64,000 nucleotides of DNA from Octopus vulgaris (GCA_951406725.2 OX597830.1:41726001-41790000); one strand, 5' to 3'. Positions 12,757 through 27,261 are shown, numbered from the stretch's first letter. A program made the numbers and translations. The notes: generated by a model not told the origin, from the sequence alone.

Positions 12757-14823
12757 CTGAAAGTAAAATACATCAATACTGAATAATTACAAATCAAATC
12801 AAGAATGAAAGTGTGTAAGCAATATGAAGCCATACATCTCTATTTTAACTATTATCAAAAATCAAAGCAATTTATTTTATCTCATCTATTATGCACTATT
12901 CATTTTGTAGTTGTATATTACCAATTTATCCATTTTAGTAATTTTACTACTAGAACAGGCAAGCTACTTTGCAGATGTTTTCAGAAACTAGAATCCATAG
13001 AGTTACGTTCCTTGCCCACATGCACAAAAGTCAGAAGCAATTCCACTGAGATAACCTTTTTGATACCAACCCACCTGAGACCACCCCAGGTTCTATGATA
13101 AACTTACTGTTTTAAAGTGGTCTAAATTATCATCTTCCATCAAAATTTTATGCTAATTTGTTTCAGGCCCCTTAGAAAAGTTATTTTACTAAATTCATTA
13201 TTTTTAAAAATTAATTGAAACAAAGGCAGCATATGTTAATAGAAATAACAGTTAAAAGTGTATGGTTCATGATAGCATGGGTTTCTTTAAGCACAAACCT
13301 ATCTGTCTATAATTATATAATCTCTCCCACGAAACCCAAATTTTAGCTCATCACTTATTTCACTTACATCTGTATATCACACAACTTTTACCATTCATTT
13401 CAATTTCATAAAAGCATGACTGTTTCTCCTCAGTCTTATCTATGATACCAAACTACTTTGCCATCAAATACACTCAAAATCCTCAGTGATATATTACTAC
13501 AAAACAAACAACACAAAGCTTATATTAATCCAGCCATTTGTAGATCTTCAATGATCACTGCTCATGTATCACTGAGGGAGTCTCTCAGTGGTCAGTCAAT
13601 CTGATGAAAACAAAACCAAATTTCCCTCAAATCACACCATATTTTAAAGGAAAATGACTGATGGCAACAGCTGGATAGCCTTTTATCATAGCTTTTCTAA
13701 CAGGAGTTTTAAACAAAATAACTTATGCAAACTTAATAATCAGTCTTTTGTACAAAAAAGAAAAAAAAACTTGTCTCCAGCAGAGAAAACAACTCTGTTC
13801 TAGCCACTACAAACCAATTACCACACTAATTCTATACATCAATTAAATACCACAACTTGTATATAACTTCCAGTAACACACAAGAAGTCTCTAATTATTT
13901 ATTGAAAACCTCTGCAACCAACTACCAATGTAGATCTAATGTTCTGCAAATCTGCCAGAGATCTTACAGTAACTAAGTAAATATTGTATCTTAAACATAT
14001 AACTGAGTTTCTACTATTTGCTTCCCGAATAGTAAAGTTATACTACTATGTTCAAGGTTTTAACTTCAAGCAATTCTACCAAAATCAAATTATGAGCAAA
14101 TGTTTTGAATGTTAATTAATTATCAAACATTACCTGAAATATAGATCTTGGGTAGAGGATCACTTGGATGCTAAATTCCTCGGTTAACTCAAATGATCTG
14201 CATTTACAGTACCTTAATTCAGGAGGTGAACAGAATTATACAGCCATTCTTCCATACCCAAGTTTTCAGCGCCCACTACACTGAGCATGGTATTGTCAGA
14301 TACCTTCAACAAATAAATTTGAGCTGATTGTTCTTGGTTAAGAAATTTTGTTGCTCACCAGATTGACAGCCATAAACTTCTAGCAAGTACAAAGTGCAAT
14401 GTCGATCCATCTTGCAGTTTTCCTTGCCTTAGTGCCTTAATAACCATGGGTTTAATCTTTGCAGCTATTTGCCCACTTCATGACAGTAAGTTGTCCTTTA
14501 GAAATGCCCAGCTATTCTCTGTTATTAGCCCTCTATTTTCATCTGTTGAGTAATAATTGGAAGCAATCATCACTTATACTTTTCTATACTGTGACATCAC
14601 AAGACAGAATGGTATGTGTTGTGTGTATGGTGTCTGCAAATGTGCATGTTGGATTTAGTTAAATGAATGAAGATTACAAACAATTTTATATCCTCATTTA
14701 TAATTAATTACTTGCTTCAATGAGAACTCTACAAAAGATATTTTTAACCTTGAAACTTACTGGAAATGTACAATATTTTACTTTAAAAAAAAAACATGAC
14801 AAAAAATAAGGCTTATAATTTAC

Positions 14824-14932
14824 CTTAATTTGTGAAAAGCATCTTCTCCTCGATGACGACTATGTCGATGATGACTACCCATAAAACCCATGTCAAAAAT
14901 ACCCCCAAACATATCCCTAAATGGAAATGATC
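14824..14932 (-). CDS. DNAJA2: DnaJA exon 4, G/F-rich region (GSFPFRDMFGGIFDMGFMGSHHRHSRHRGEDAFHKLR)
   Basis: G/F-rich peptide ending in RGED, AG/GT boundaries, phases 1/2 fit the neighbours. Confidence 0.92.
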
Positions 14933-15480
14933 CTACAATAAAGAAAAAAAAATATAGAAAATATGTCAATTATTTCAACACAAAATCTTAAATAGCATGA
15001 AATTCCACAACAGAAATATCAAAATTTCATCAAATCAATTTCTTAGGTAATCAAACCATTCTATAAAAACTGATTGGTGTAAAGATACACACTAACACAT
15101 CTTGTCTCTTTATGTTTCCACTTCAAATACAATTTCTGCCTTTCAAAACACACACAATCCCTAGTCACAAAAGACAAAAAAAAAAACCCCAAACAACAGC
15201 AAAAGTTAAACATAAAATGTGTTAAAAACTTGATTTTTGCAAAAAGAAAAAAAAACTGATAGTTTCAAATTTTGCCACGGGGGAAGTTATTTTATGTTGA
15301 CTGCATCAACCCCAGTATTTTGCTGGTACTTAATTTACTGACTCTGAAAGGATGAAGGGCAATGTCAACTTCGGTGGATTTTGTACTCGGAACATAGCGA
15401 CAGGCAAAATACCACTAAGCATTTAGCCCAGCATGCTAACAAGTCTGCCCACTCACCACCTTGCTATAATAATAATAATA

Positions 15481-16175
15481 AACCCAGGAGGACCTGGGAT
15501 GAGGTGGTGAAACACGACCTTCAAACATTAGGACTCACTGAAGCAATGACTAGTGACCGAGACCTCTGGAAATATGCAGTGTGTGAGAAGACCCAGCAAG
15601 CCAAGTGAGACCATAATTCATGGCCTATGCCAGGGGTGTAACCAGCCCACTTATGTGTACCTTTCCTTCATTGAACACATAACTCTGCTTGCGAAGACCT
15701 ATTGAGGCAAGTGAAATCGAAATCAAACCAAATTCACAAATTCGATGACTAGCATCGGTGCCAGTGAAGTGCTAAGATACCATCCAAACGTGATCGCCAC
15801 CAGAGCAGCTGACTGGCTTCCGTGCCGGTGGAACGTAAAAAGCACCATTCAAATGTGATCGTTACCAGCGTCGCCTTATGAAAAACATTCGAGCGAGGTC
15901 GTTGCCAGTGCCGCTGGACTGGCTCCTGTTCAGGTGGCACGTAAAAAACACCACTTGAGCGTGTCTGTTGCCAGTACTACTTGATTGCCCTTGTGCCGGT
16001 GGCACGTAAAAGCACCCACTACACTCTTGGAGTGGTTGGCATTAGGAAGGGCATCTAGCTGTAGAAACTCTGCCAGATCAAATTGGAGCCTGTTGTAGCC
16101 ATCTGGTTCGCCAGTCCTCAGTCAAAACGTCCAACCCATGCTAGCATGGAAAGCAGATGTTAAACGATGATGATG
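15481..16175 (+). mobile_element. 5'-truncated RTE-type LINE with internally repetitive 3' UTR and (GAT)n tail
   Basis: KPRRTWDEVVKHDL...DRDLWK C-terminus, repeated GTGGCACGTAAAA units, and ATAATAAT on both sides. Confidence 0.85.
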
Positions 16176-16196
16176 AATAATAATTTCAATTAATAC

Positions 16197-16299
16197 CTGA
16201 ACCAACGCCTTCTTGTAAGCCTTGGATACCATAATGATCATAAATTCTTCTTTTTTCTGGGTTGGAAAGAACTTCATGAGCATAATTGATTTCTTTGAA
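16197..16299 (-). CDS. DNAJA2: DnaJA exon 3 (FKEINYAHEVLSNPEKRRIYDHYGIQGLQEGVGS)
   Basis: End of the J domain, AG/GT boundaries, phase consistent. Confidence 0.95.
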
Positions 16300-17511
16300 C
16301 TGATAGAAAGGAAAAAAATTCAAGTTAACATCAAAAATAAATTGTAATGGTTTTGAATACTAAATACTTCTGGTATACTTCAATGTATACTTAACAGTTC
16401 AACAGTTAACTTGCTTATTGTAGACATGTAAGATACTAGAGAGTTTGCAAAGAGAAAAGAGATGCAGCTTGTTATTATATTGAACAAATCTAAAAGCTGT
16501 AAGAAATTCCATTTGAAACTTTTTTTCCTATCTAAAGAATATTCAGAAATGAAAACATCTCTGTACCTCCTAAGAGTGGTACCAGCGTTAGAAGATTAAT
16601 AAGCAGTGTCTATTGAATATGGATTTGAAGTTTCACAGCCAATGAAAATATTTTGTAGAGCTCATTTTTAATCCTTTTGATACTAACCCAGCTGAGACAA
16701 TTCTGGTTCTATGATACAAATTTTATTCATGTTTTCAAGTGATCAAAATTAAAACCTTCCATCAAAATTCCATACTAATTATGTTCCAATCACCAGTTTA
16801 ATAATGACATTTACTAAACTGTTATTTTCATTGCTAATTGAAATGAAAGCAGTGTATATTAAGAGAAACATGGTAAACAAAAGTAAAACCCATGACACAA
16901 AGAAAATCAAAGTCAACCCATTATAATTCAGATTACTCTGTCACATATAATGTTCTTATTTATTCACATTATTTTGAATTAATCATTGCTTCAAGATTCT
17001 GATGACATGATTGTGATTTTTACAATGACATTGTAGGGTATGTGTTAGAGGCCAGACCTTTTGGATATGGCCAGTCTAAATGCTAACAGGTTAATCATAC
17101 AATGGCTTTGTTAATCTGAGTTTTACATCCATTATTTAAAATACATATGGAAGTGGATGTCAGCCATAGCATGATTAAAAGACATGTTCTAGGCACCCAA
17201 TTAAACAAGATCAATCCTGTTCATACTTTACAGTATTAATATATCTTAAAATTACAAAGAAATTCTACTACAATCATTTTTGCTTTTCATCCTTGTGTAG
17301 CAGTAAACTACTTCACTACAGCCATAGCAGGTCAGAATCGATGACCCCCTTTGACGGAATTCTATTTTTATCATTCTGTTCAACCCATCTCCACATGCAG
17401 AGCAAATGTGAGATTACAATATTTTTTCAAGGAAAAATTAAATTTAAATTTCGTTTAATAATTACTATTCAAAAACAGGATTTGATTATTAAAACTGCAG
17501 GAAATATTTAC

Positions 17512-17571
17512 CTTGTCTCCAGCATTTGGATTTTTATCAGGGTGATATTCCTTTGCTAACTTGTTAAAAGC
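17512..17571 (-). CDS. DNAJA2: DnaJA exon 2 (AFNKLAKEYHPDKNPNAGDK)
   Basis: HPD motif, cag/gtaaat splice sites, 60 nt. Confidence 0.95.
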
Positions 17572-18339
17572 CTGAAGATAGAATAAAAATACCAATTATA
17601 GGTTATGGAAATCAATCATTAAATTAATATTATAGAGAAATGAAGAGTAATGAGTGGTGAAAATTGATGCAGTGAATGTTGAAGACTTCTAATTCTAAAT
17701 TATTTGTTTGAATGATTTTTCTTTTTTTTTTGACCATGGTTCTTCATCAGTGAAGCTGCACAACTAAAAAATTCAAGGTAGTTTATTTTATTAGGCATGC
17801 CACTCAGAAAGTACCCCTGGTTTTAGTTTGCCCACGAGTGCATTGGAATAAGCATTATTTTAACTAAAATCTTATCTGAAAATTAATTTGGTCATATTTC
17901 TATTTAAATCTCATTGCTCGTAATTCTATTTTACCCCAGGGTAATAAACTTCCTGAATATATACCAGAAAATTTACAAAACTTAATACAAAATATTTTTA
18001 CTTAGTAATTTCACAGATGTTTTTGTTCCTACTTTTGAAACTTTGTTAATGTGGAAACATTTTTTTCCCTTTCATTTTTCTTCAAAAGAAAAGATTGGCA
18101 CACAGAATATCTACCAGTAGAAATTGGTAAAGTTTTTCTCAGAAAATGTTAATTACACTAGAGAAGATTTTCTACAGTCACCACTATAAAAAGCAGAGCA
18201 GAAAACAAAAACCATTCCCATCCTGAAGACAGCACTGAGAAATGCTGATAAAAATGAATTTGGGAATTTTTTTGTTCCAAACAAACTATTTGATACACTG
18301 ATATAAGAAAACTTTAAGACACACACTTTTTCTATTACA

Positions 18340-18860
18340 TACCAGGAAGAGGCAGACCTTCATAGATCAGTGAATAGATGCTGACATTGTCATTATCTTG
18401 AACTGTTGCAAGGGAATACCAGAGAGGCAATATTCTTGGAAGGACTGAGCGTAATGATTAGTGCAGCACTTGAGGAGTCAGACAAAGATGATTAGAAGAG
18501 GAATACAAGTAGGACACAATGTAGTGGAAGTGGTATGAACTTGCCCATCTCCAAGGAGATAAAAATTTTGTATGCTGAAAGTTTAGCCAAAGCAGGTGAC
18601 AACATTGCTTACACCAAATTTCCCAAAAATAGGTCACTCAGAAGCTGTACTGATGGTCATTAAGTATACTGAGAAATTCAAGATGATAGAGGACATTGTT
18701 TTTCAATGGTTGGCTACATTACCTATAAGAAGTGAGTTCCATAAGGCAAAAGTTTGCAGGATCAGGTAGATAGCTTTCTTTGTGAATGGGACATACTGAA
18801 GACTCAAGAATGTAGCAAGCAACTATGGTGTGCATTATTTGAGGATCATGTAAATTACAT
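18340..18860 (-). mobile_element. Heavily decayed LINE RT and 3' fragment
   Basis: VCPIHKESYLPDPANFCLMELTS (PIHK..DPANYRPISLTS-like) and CTNHYAQSF. Confidence 0.5.
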
Positions 18861-18943
18861 TGTCAGAAACGGTAGTCTTGTTTGATTTGAAATGAAGCAT
18901 CTGTGTGTGCGTGTGAACAAACCTACTATACACATTATACATA

Positions 18944-20460
18944 CTAGCAGAAAGACTGCCCTGCAGGTGGTTTTCTCCTAGCCACACAATTCCCAATTGC
19001 TAGCAATTGGGAATCAAACGTGAATTGGGAATCCACATTTGATTCCTAATTCTAATAATTTTTATATTTTATGTCTAATTATTTCTTTGTATAATAGTGT
19101 TCACTTGCTTAGTAAATATTGCTTTCATTATTTTATCAGTCATGATCTCTCACTTTTTAAAGAGTCAATCTGTTATACATATTAATCATTAATAATTGGT
19201 ATAACTTACATAGGTGTGGATGGAGATAGAGATAGATAGATGAATGGATGGATGGACAGATGGATAGAGATACACGCACACACAAATCTGGTGCTGTGAG
19301 AACACATGGGAATGATGTTTCCTTACTCTTTCAAATATACCCAAATTTAAAATGATTTAATATAATATCATTCATTTGGCATGTGTTGAAATATGCCAAA
19401 ACAATTTAATCCCACACAAATATATTACTTTACATATAATTTGTGTTGATTCTATTTACTGAAACTTGCCAAAAAGCATATTTTGCTTTAACCCTTTCGT
19501 TACTGTATTTATTTTGAGATGCTCTGTGTTTCTTTCAATTATTTTAAATATAACAAAGAATATAGTAAAATAACTTAGTTATCATTCAGTTAGTGTTAGG
19601 AACGTAAATTTTGACTAAGGATTGGTGGAATATTTTAATTCAAAACTTATGAAAACAAGACATTTTACCACAGAGCAAGAGTTGGCCGAGTTAGTAACAA
19701 AAGGGTTAAAGTAGTATCTCCTTGCAGGAACAATTGTCAGTAACCATTCTGTTTCCATTTCTCTAAGCCAATATTTTTACATTAGCCTTCTTTTGAACTC
19801 TAAATAATGCAACATACAGCTGACCACGTGAGAAGAATTGTGTTGGAAGGTATATTCCAATTTGTTCAAAAGTCTGTCCCGGTGCCTTGTTGCACGTCAA
19901 GGCAAAAGCTGGTTTGACAGGAAATTGCTTGCATGTAAATGTAAATTCCATTTCTTGAGATACATGTGGTATCCTTGGGATTAGCAGGGTTAATCCTGCA
20001 TAAGGACCAGAAGCAATTTCAGCTTCAATAACATGATCATATAAACTGACGATGTAGCATGTGCCGTTGCAATGTCCATTAGTAGCACCTAAATTTCTCA
20101 GTTTGAGAATGTGTGGTGGAAACCCTGATGGTGTAAGTTTGTTGACGAACTTGACTGGGTACAGAGTTTCATTATCAACTGTATCTGAGCTTCTGTACAT
20201 TTTTAGCTCACCAGGGATCCTGGTCAAGAGAAAATCATTCACAAACTGTGCTGCTTCATTTATTGGAGTAACGATGGTTTTATTTGCAAGCCACACAGGG
20301 TTTGTGAAGTTATTTTTGAGGTCAGCATATACAAAATCACATAGATCTGAAAGTATACCACTTTCAAGGCAAGTGTCATTGGGTAGTTTGATTTTGAATT
20401 CACTTAGGCTTTGTTCAACAGAAATGTTACCATTTCCTAGGTCACAGAATTGTAAAAGAA
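18944..20460 (-). mobile_element. Helitron 3' remnant with PIF1-like helicase C-terminus
   Basis: ORF 19763-20296 has PSGFPPHILKL, QFPVKPAFALTCNKAPGQT and FSRGQLYVAL; hairpin plus CTAG terminus at 18944-18980. Confidence 0.9.
19488..19709. mobile_element. TTAA-flanked piggyBac-type MITE nested in the Helitron; second copy at 46995-47224
   Basis: TTAA-CCCTTT...AAAGGG-TTAA termini, and the two copies align throughout. Confidence 0.85.
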
Positions 20461-22719
20461 TGTAAACATTAAGAAGTTTTGTAAAGAATTACAAGATTTG
20501 TATAATATAAATTGCCACACCTTATGTTACAAAATTTGCTTTGTGATGACATTAAGTTGGCAATGACAAAATTATTATTATTGGCAATGATGAAATTAAT
20601 GTTGATGAGGACATTGAAATAAACACAGACACAGACAATAACAAAAATGAGGTTGGTGCTGTTGAGATTGAAGTTGATAATGTCAAATTTCAGGGAGATG
20701 CCCTGTAATTTTTGTAAGTGTCACTTAATTCATAAATACATGTTTATTGCAATCAGTCACTCATTTTTACACACGCAGTAAAAAAAAAAAAACAAGGACA
20801 CCCACACAAGTCCATACTTATATACAATAATGTCTCCACACCACTATCACTTAGCTAGACATAGGAACTAACCAAAGTCATTACCTCCACCTCTCTTTCC
20901 CACCCAACCACAACCTTTTAGAATATCAGAAAATCTAACTACAGAACATTTCAAATTTACTAAGGAACTGTAAGAACAAATACTCAGTAAAAAATTCACT
21001 CTAGTCAAATATAACAACTTTCTTACTCATCCCCACAGGCATACTAAAACTTTGCTCTCATAAAACATTCAACATTTATACCAACATATGCACACAGACA
21101 AGTACAAACAAAAGTGTCATGGGAAAGCAGACAAAAGACAAACATAACTCACACCTACATGCCACATTCCTTCCAATAAGACAAATATATGGCATCTGCT
21201 ATAGCCCTGGGCCAACCAAAGCTTTGTGAGCAGATTTGGTTGAGAGAAACGAAGTAGCCATGTGTGTGCTGTTTGAGTGTTTGTATGTATTTTTGTCCCT
21301 TCATGCGGAGATCATGAGCTGGTTGTGAGCAAATGTCAACACCATACAAGAAGTGTATGTTTGCAGTCTTCTATGAAACATGCCCAGCCATTATACCATT
21401 GATGTTTGAAAGACTACAGGAAATATTACCCAACTTGGAAATGGAAGGGCATCCAACAATAGAAAATCAAATCTTGCCTAACCCATCCATGGAAAGTTGA
21501 CACTAAAACAATCACACACACACACACATATACACATACATATGCATTGCTGTGCTTGAGAAAATTTGTCTAACTCGGCAAAAGAAAAAAAAAAAATTAT
21601 CAAAGCATATCAAAGCCTATGCCCTAGCACTTATTCTATACATGTTGAGCCTTTCCCTACAATTTATTTTCATAATACCCAACCCTTCTTCATCCGAACC
21701 ACAGCACTATTTCCTCAGCTGTTGTAATTATAAGAGAGTAGACCAACCTATTTTGTGTAATCAGTTATCTCTTTCCTTAGAGCTACTTCCCAGGTCACCT
21801 ATCCTGCACTTTCAACATCACCCCTTATACCCGCCACTTTACTTTCCATTGCATGTTCCTTTTCCCTTGAACAACTAATATGTGCCATCAATGTTCCCCA
21901 CCCCCATCTTTGTTTCCCTACTCACTATATCCAGCCATATTTATCTGAGCTTTTCTGTGCACCTTTCAACTCAACATTTCACATCATCTCACTATTTCTC
22001 ATCTACGAACCATTTGTTATACTATTGCTCTCCACCACCACGTTTATGTATGGGCCACCTATCTACTCCCCCACCCTAACCCATTTATATTTTCCTACCT
22101 TCACCCACGTTCACCAATCACTTCATTCATCTCTATCCCCGTCTCTACTTATCTGTCATTCCTTTCACACACTGGCAAATCTACCCATCCAGTCATCCCT
22201 GATTCTCTATTTGCCTTTTTGTACCTGACACCTCATCTCCACTGTCCTTTCTCCTTCCTCGTGAGGTAACCATATCTCTCCTTTACAGCAAAACATTGTT
22301 CCTACCTATCAAATTTCAACTTATTACCTGACACAAAACGACCTTCCTCAATACTACACCTCCACTCAGTAGAGGGATCTAGTGATTTACTTGGTAACCT
22401 CATTAGTGCAGTACCACAAAAAAGCAACCAGATGATAATACACCAATACAGCTATATGCAACTAAATATATAAATGATGACATGAATTCATTCTTAATAT
22501 AATCAAATCAAAATATATATATCTAAGAAAAACAGCTGATTCACGCACAACACACACACAGTAAAGATACCTGACACACCATCTGTTCTTAAAGAAAGAC
22601 AGTACAGAGACACAGTATGAAATGTAACAGACAAGCAGCTAGTTTTTTTTTTACATATTGTACAAATATTAAAAAAAAACAGCATCTGACTTGACTGTAG
22701 CAGTGACAGTGCTAAGGCA

Positions 22720-24500
22720 AGGCACATTTTTATTCAAGACCACCAAAACTGTGCAACCAAGGTCCTATATGAGAGATATTTTCACATGCAATGAAGCAAT
22801 TTGCATGGCAATGACAGAAACAACAAATATAGCAGAGGTAGAGATTCATGTCATATTCCATACAGACAAGAAAGAGACAAATCATAGTTGGAGCTGCTAT
22901 ATACATCTGTAAAGACATCATACCCTCAGTTTGTAACATATAAGCAACTTAGCATCCACCAGATACCTCAAACCATGACAAATTTGAAGAGAGCTTTAGT
23001 AAGAGGTACTGACTAAACTGGACCAGCACACCAATGTACTCCTAGATGATTTTTACCACCCCAATAGCAAATTCTTTTTCTAAGGAATGTTACAAAAACC
23101 AAAATGAGCCAAATATCTAATCAAACTTGCTAATGCACTATTCATGGAACAAATTATATACCTGCCCTCAAGGAGCAAAATCTTTCAAGATCTCTGCTTC
23201 ACAAATGTGATAGGAAATAGATTAAAAAATATATCTCCAAACAAAACTAATCAGAAAACCTTTCTATACAAGATAATGATATATAAACATTTTCTTAGAA
23301 AAACAATATGTGGATTTTACAAACTTGCATGCATTATGTCCCAGAGAGAAAGGACAAGATACACAAGCACATAATTCCCAGAGAAAGGAAAGTTCTTGAA
23401 ATACAGAACAAAGGTCTCAAATCACCTAAACAGTCCATGAACAGAAAGTGAACATTCCCACTTTAGGACATTCCAAGACAGAACAAAATCAAACATTCTC
23501 ATGATGAAGATCAGCTGGAGGAACTAAGACTATAGAGAATATAAAAATAAATAGCAAATTTTCCTGCAAGTTTGTTAGAGAATCATCTGCAGTGCATCAC
23601 AAAGTAGGGCCACTGTTCTAAAGAGACAGCTTGCTTGTGGCAAACAACAAAAGGACAAGTGAAATACTGAATGAATGGTTCAAAAGCGTTTTCACCTTCT
23701 TAATGAGACATGCAGGTAAATATACCAGTTCTTTGACTTAAAAGCTTGACATAAAGAGGTGATAACCACTGATTATATCAACAAGCTTCCTGGAAAATGG
23801 AAAATCTACTCCCACCCCAAAACTTTGAAGGTGTAATATGCTCGATTCATTAAGGTGGAAGCAGAATAGGTGCTAAAAAGTACAGGCCTATCTCTCTGAC
23901 TTCACATATCAGCATAGTCATGGAACAAATTGCCAGAAGAAAATGACATGCATAGCTTTCATCCACAACCCCTACAATACTTTCAGTGGATGCTTAAATA
24001 GCTACTCAATCATTGACACGATATATCTAAACTTTGTAAAAGCCTTCAATAAAATTGACCACTGAAAGGTGTGTTGCAAACTGGTTGATCTCAGCATACT
24101 CAAGGAAAAAATGAGTGGCTGCATGATTTATAAAGAGCAGATGCTTCACAAAGATCACATCAGTGCAACAGCAAAGGTATTGGAAGAGGCTGAGAGCACT
24201 AAAACCCTATTCGCAGGAGAGAAGATAAGAAAGATATGCAGTACTCTACACACAGATGATACCAAGCCTCAAACTGGTCAAAACTCAAGTCAAAAATCAG
24301 GACCACATATTGCAACTAAGGGTTCAAAGACACAACCTTTTCATATCTTGCCAAAGAAACTGAAATCTACATGTATTCAGAGAGCATCTGGATAACCTAT
24401 TATCTATAATTCCAAATGAACCAACATCACCACAAGAAATATAATAGAAAGCAACAACATCAAACTTATTTACCAAAAGTTAAGTACTGTTAGATTAACA
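22720..24500 (+). mobile_element. Degenerate CR1/L2-group LINE (APE endonuclease and RT remnants)
   Basis: ICMAMTET..EI..IFHTDK (APE-like, ~22800), YRPISLTSHISIVME (23881) and IDTIYLNFVKAFNKIDH (~24012). Confidence 0.8.
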
Positions 24501-25518
24501 CCAAATATCTAAGCAGTGGCCACATGAAATATATAAGCATGCACATATGTATATAGAGGCTCTGATGAGCAATCCAGCCAATTACTGATTATTCAGCTAC
24601 TCTTTATTGGTTGATTAACCAGCTGTTAATTATTCATAATGTAATATGTATAGGGAAACAGCAATTATCAATATATATAATCTCTTATATATTTCACCAT
24701 TAGAATTTATGAAGTTACTATTTGAAAATAATATAATAAGCTAATTTTACCATACTTTGTACTTTTTATTGCCAGTGAATTGTCAGTTCATAATGCAAAC
24801 TTTTGTATACATCTCACGCACTGTCCCAGCACAATTTTTTTTTTATTGTTGTGTGGCCATGAAAAAAATTCTGAGTAATTAAATGTGCATAGACAGCAAC
24901 ACTTTGTATGGTTAAATAAAACATAATAGTTATTAGTGATCTAAATTTAAACAATTCATTCTCTTGTACTCGTGAGTTATGATTCGTGACAAAGCTAGTT
25001 GGTATGATGGATTCACTTAAACTGGATCTGCAACAGGAGTGCAATTGTTCATTTGGCTAGTAAAGGCACTTGATTTTTGTATATAAAAAGTAAAAATAAA
25101 AGGAGTCATATATAGAAAAAAATGTTAATATCTTTATATCAGCATCTAATTGGAAACTATAATTTAAAAAATTCTTTTTTAAAAGATCAATTAACCCATT
25201 AGTATTCAAGTTTTCTGTCAAATACAATGCTTATTTATATTATTTTGAATTAATCATAGACATGTCAGAGCTTCAAAATTTCAGTGATGTGATTTTATAT
25301 TTTTAGAACAATACTCTATCAGGCCAGGCCTGAATGGTTTGAACATAAAATAGGTAGAATATTTGGGCTGGATATGGCTAGTTGCCATGTTAAAGGGTTA
25401 AATACATAACCTCACAAGAAGGTAGGAGTGACACCCTTTTACCATGAGTAGTTATGTAATCCCCAGTACTTTCCAGTTGCTTGATCAACACTTTCAAGCA
25501 CTGAGAATAGGGTTAGAT

Positions 25519-25844
25519 CAGTGGTTCTCAGTCATTTTTTTTTTTTTTACCTATGGACCCATTTGATTCCTGTTTTACTCTATGGAACCATCATAACCAG
25601 TCAGTGATGAAAAAAATCTAATTATTTTTTTTTTTTTTACCTATGGACCCATTTGATTCCTGTTTTACTCTATGGAACCATCATAACCAGTCAGTGATGA
25701 AAAAAATCTAATTATGTTTTTATAATTAAATATTATTAGGAATTGTATTTTTAAAAAATAGTTCAAATATTTTATATATTGTAGAAGAATAAACAATTAC
25801 AAATTTTAACAAAAAATTATGTGGACCTTTGTCGAGAACCACTG
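25519..25844. mobile_element. hAT (Charlie-like) MITE
   Basis: TIR CAGTGGTTCTC/GAGAACCACTG and a perfect 8-bp TSD GGTTAGAT; another right end lies at ~43599. Confidence 0.92.
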
Positions 25845-27022
25845 GGTTAGATAAAACAGGTTGACTTGATTTTTTTTTTTGTCCTAAAAATGTTTCCCTA
25901 AATTTCTGTCACCCATCAATAATAATAATAAAAAAACAAGATTATCAAAGCTGATTAATCTGCTAAGGAGCTGAAGCTAGTTAATCAGCAAATAACTGAT
26001 ATGGCCAATTTCCAATATTTTTGTTGATTCATCAGTGCAAGCCTACATACAAACAAAACAGAATCCAAGGAAACCAGTGATCTAAACTGCGTTATTCTGA
26101 AAAGGTAACAAAAAATGCACAATGAAATCGCTATAGGGAGCAGAGTATCCAAGGTTTCAAACAAAAGTCCATCTTTAGGGTTAAGATGAGAAAACAGGAA
26201 AAAAATGGAATGATGACAGAGTTTTACCTTTTCTGTATTAGAGAACGTGGCAACAACTTAGTTGCTGAAAGACTAAGACACATTGGAGACTTCACTAAAG
26301 TTGTCTGTCTGGAAGGCAGACTTCAAACAATGACACAAATATGCATCTATGTATACACATACAAATAATCATATATATAATATATATATACACACACACA
26401 CATATACACGCAAGCAAGCATGAAAAAAATGAAAAAGTGAATACACACACACATAAACGCTTTTGAGTGAATTTGGCAGACATATTTGAAGAAGCCTGTT
26501 ATAAGTGCATGTGTGTGTGAGAGAGAGACTACCACTTGACAACCAGAGTGTTTGGTTTGTTTACATCTCACAACTTAGGTGTTTGGCAAAAGAGATCAAC
26601 AGAATAAGTACGGGGTTTAAAATAAGAAAATTAAGTACTGGGGTTAATTTGCTCAACTAAAACCTTTTAGAACAGTTTTCCAGCACAGCCACAGTCCAAT
26701 GACTGAAACAAGTAAACAAATAAGATGAAAATGAATATTAGGAATGAAACATGTTTGAGTGATTAAGAGACAAATATGACAGGAAAGTAATAGGGGGATG
26801 AGAAGAGTATCACTGGCCAGGCAAGAGTTAAACTTGGCAGTGTGTGTGTCACATAAAAGCACCCATTACACTATCTGAGTGGTTGGCATCAGGAAGGACA
26901 TCCAGCCACAGAAACCATGCCAAATCAGACTGGAGTCTGGTGCAGTTCCTCAGCTTACCAGCCCTGGTCAAACCATCCAGCCCATGCCACCATGGATAAT
27001 GGGCATGAAATGATGATTATAA

Positions 27023-27073
<51 letters not shown>

Positions 27074-27261
27074 TAGATAGATAGATAGGTATATTATATA
27101 GGTGCACACACAACTGGCTCCTTCAGTTTCTGTCAACCAAATCCACTCTCAAAGTGCCATGCAATGAGACTAAACCTGAAACCACATAATTGGGAAGCAA
27201 AATTCTTAACATCTGTGCATATGTGTGTATGTATACAATATAGATTTATACATACACACAC

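Noticed and set aside
14150-14520. Coding-like composition in DNAJA2 intron 4
   Set aside because: Interrupted by stops and not assignable to any family.
17720-17752. CUGAUGA plus hairpin on the - strand near the exon 2 acceptor
   Set aside because: GAAA and stem III are replaced by a poly-A run, so it is not a hammerhead, and no box D partner for a C/D snoRNA was found.
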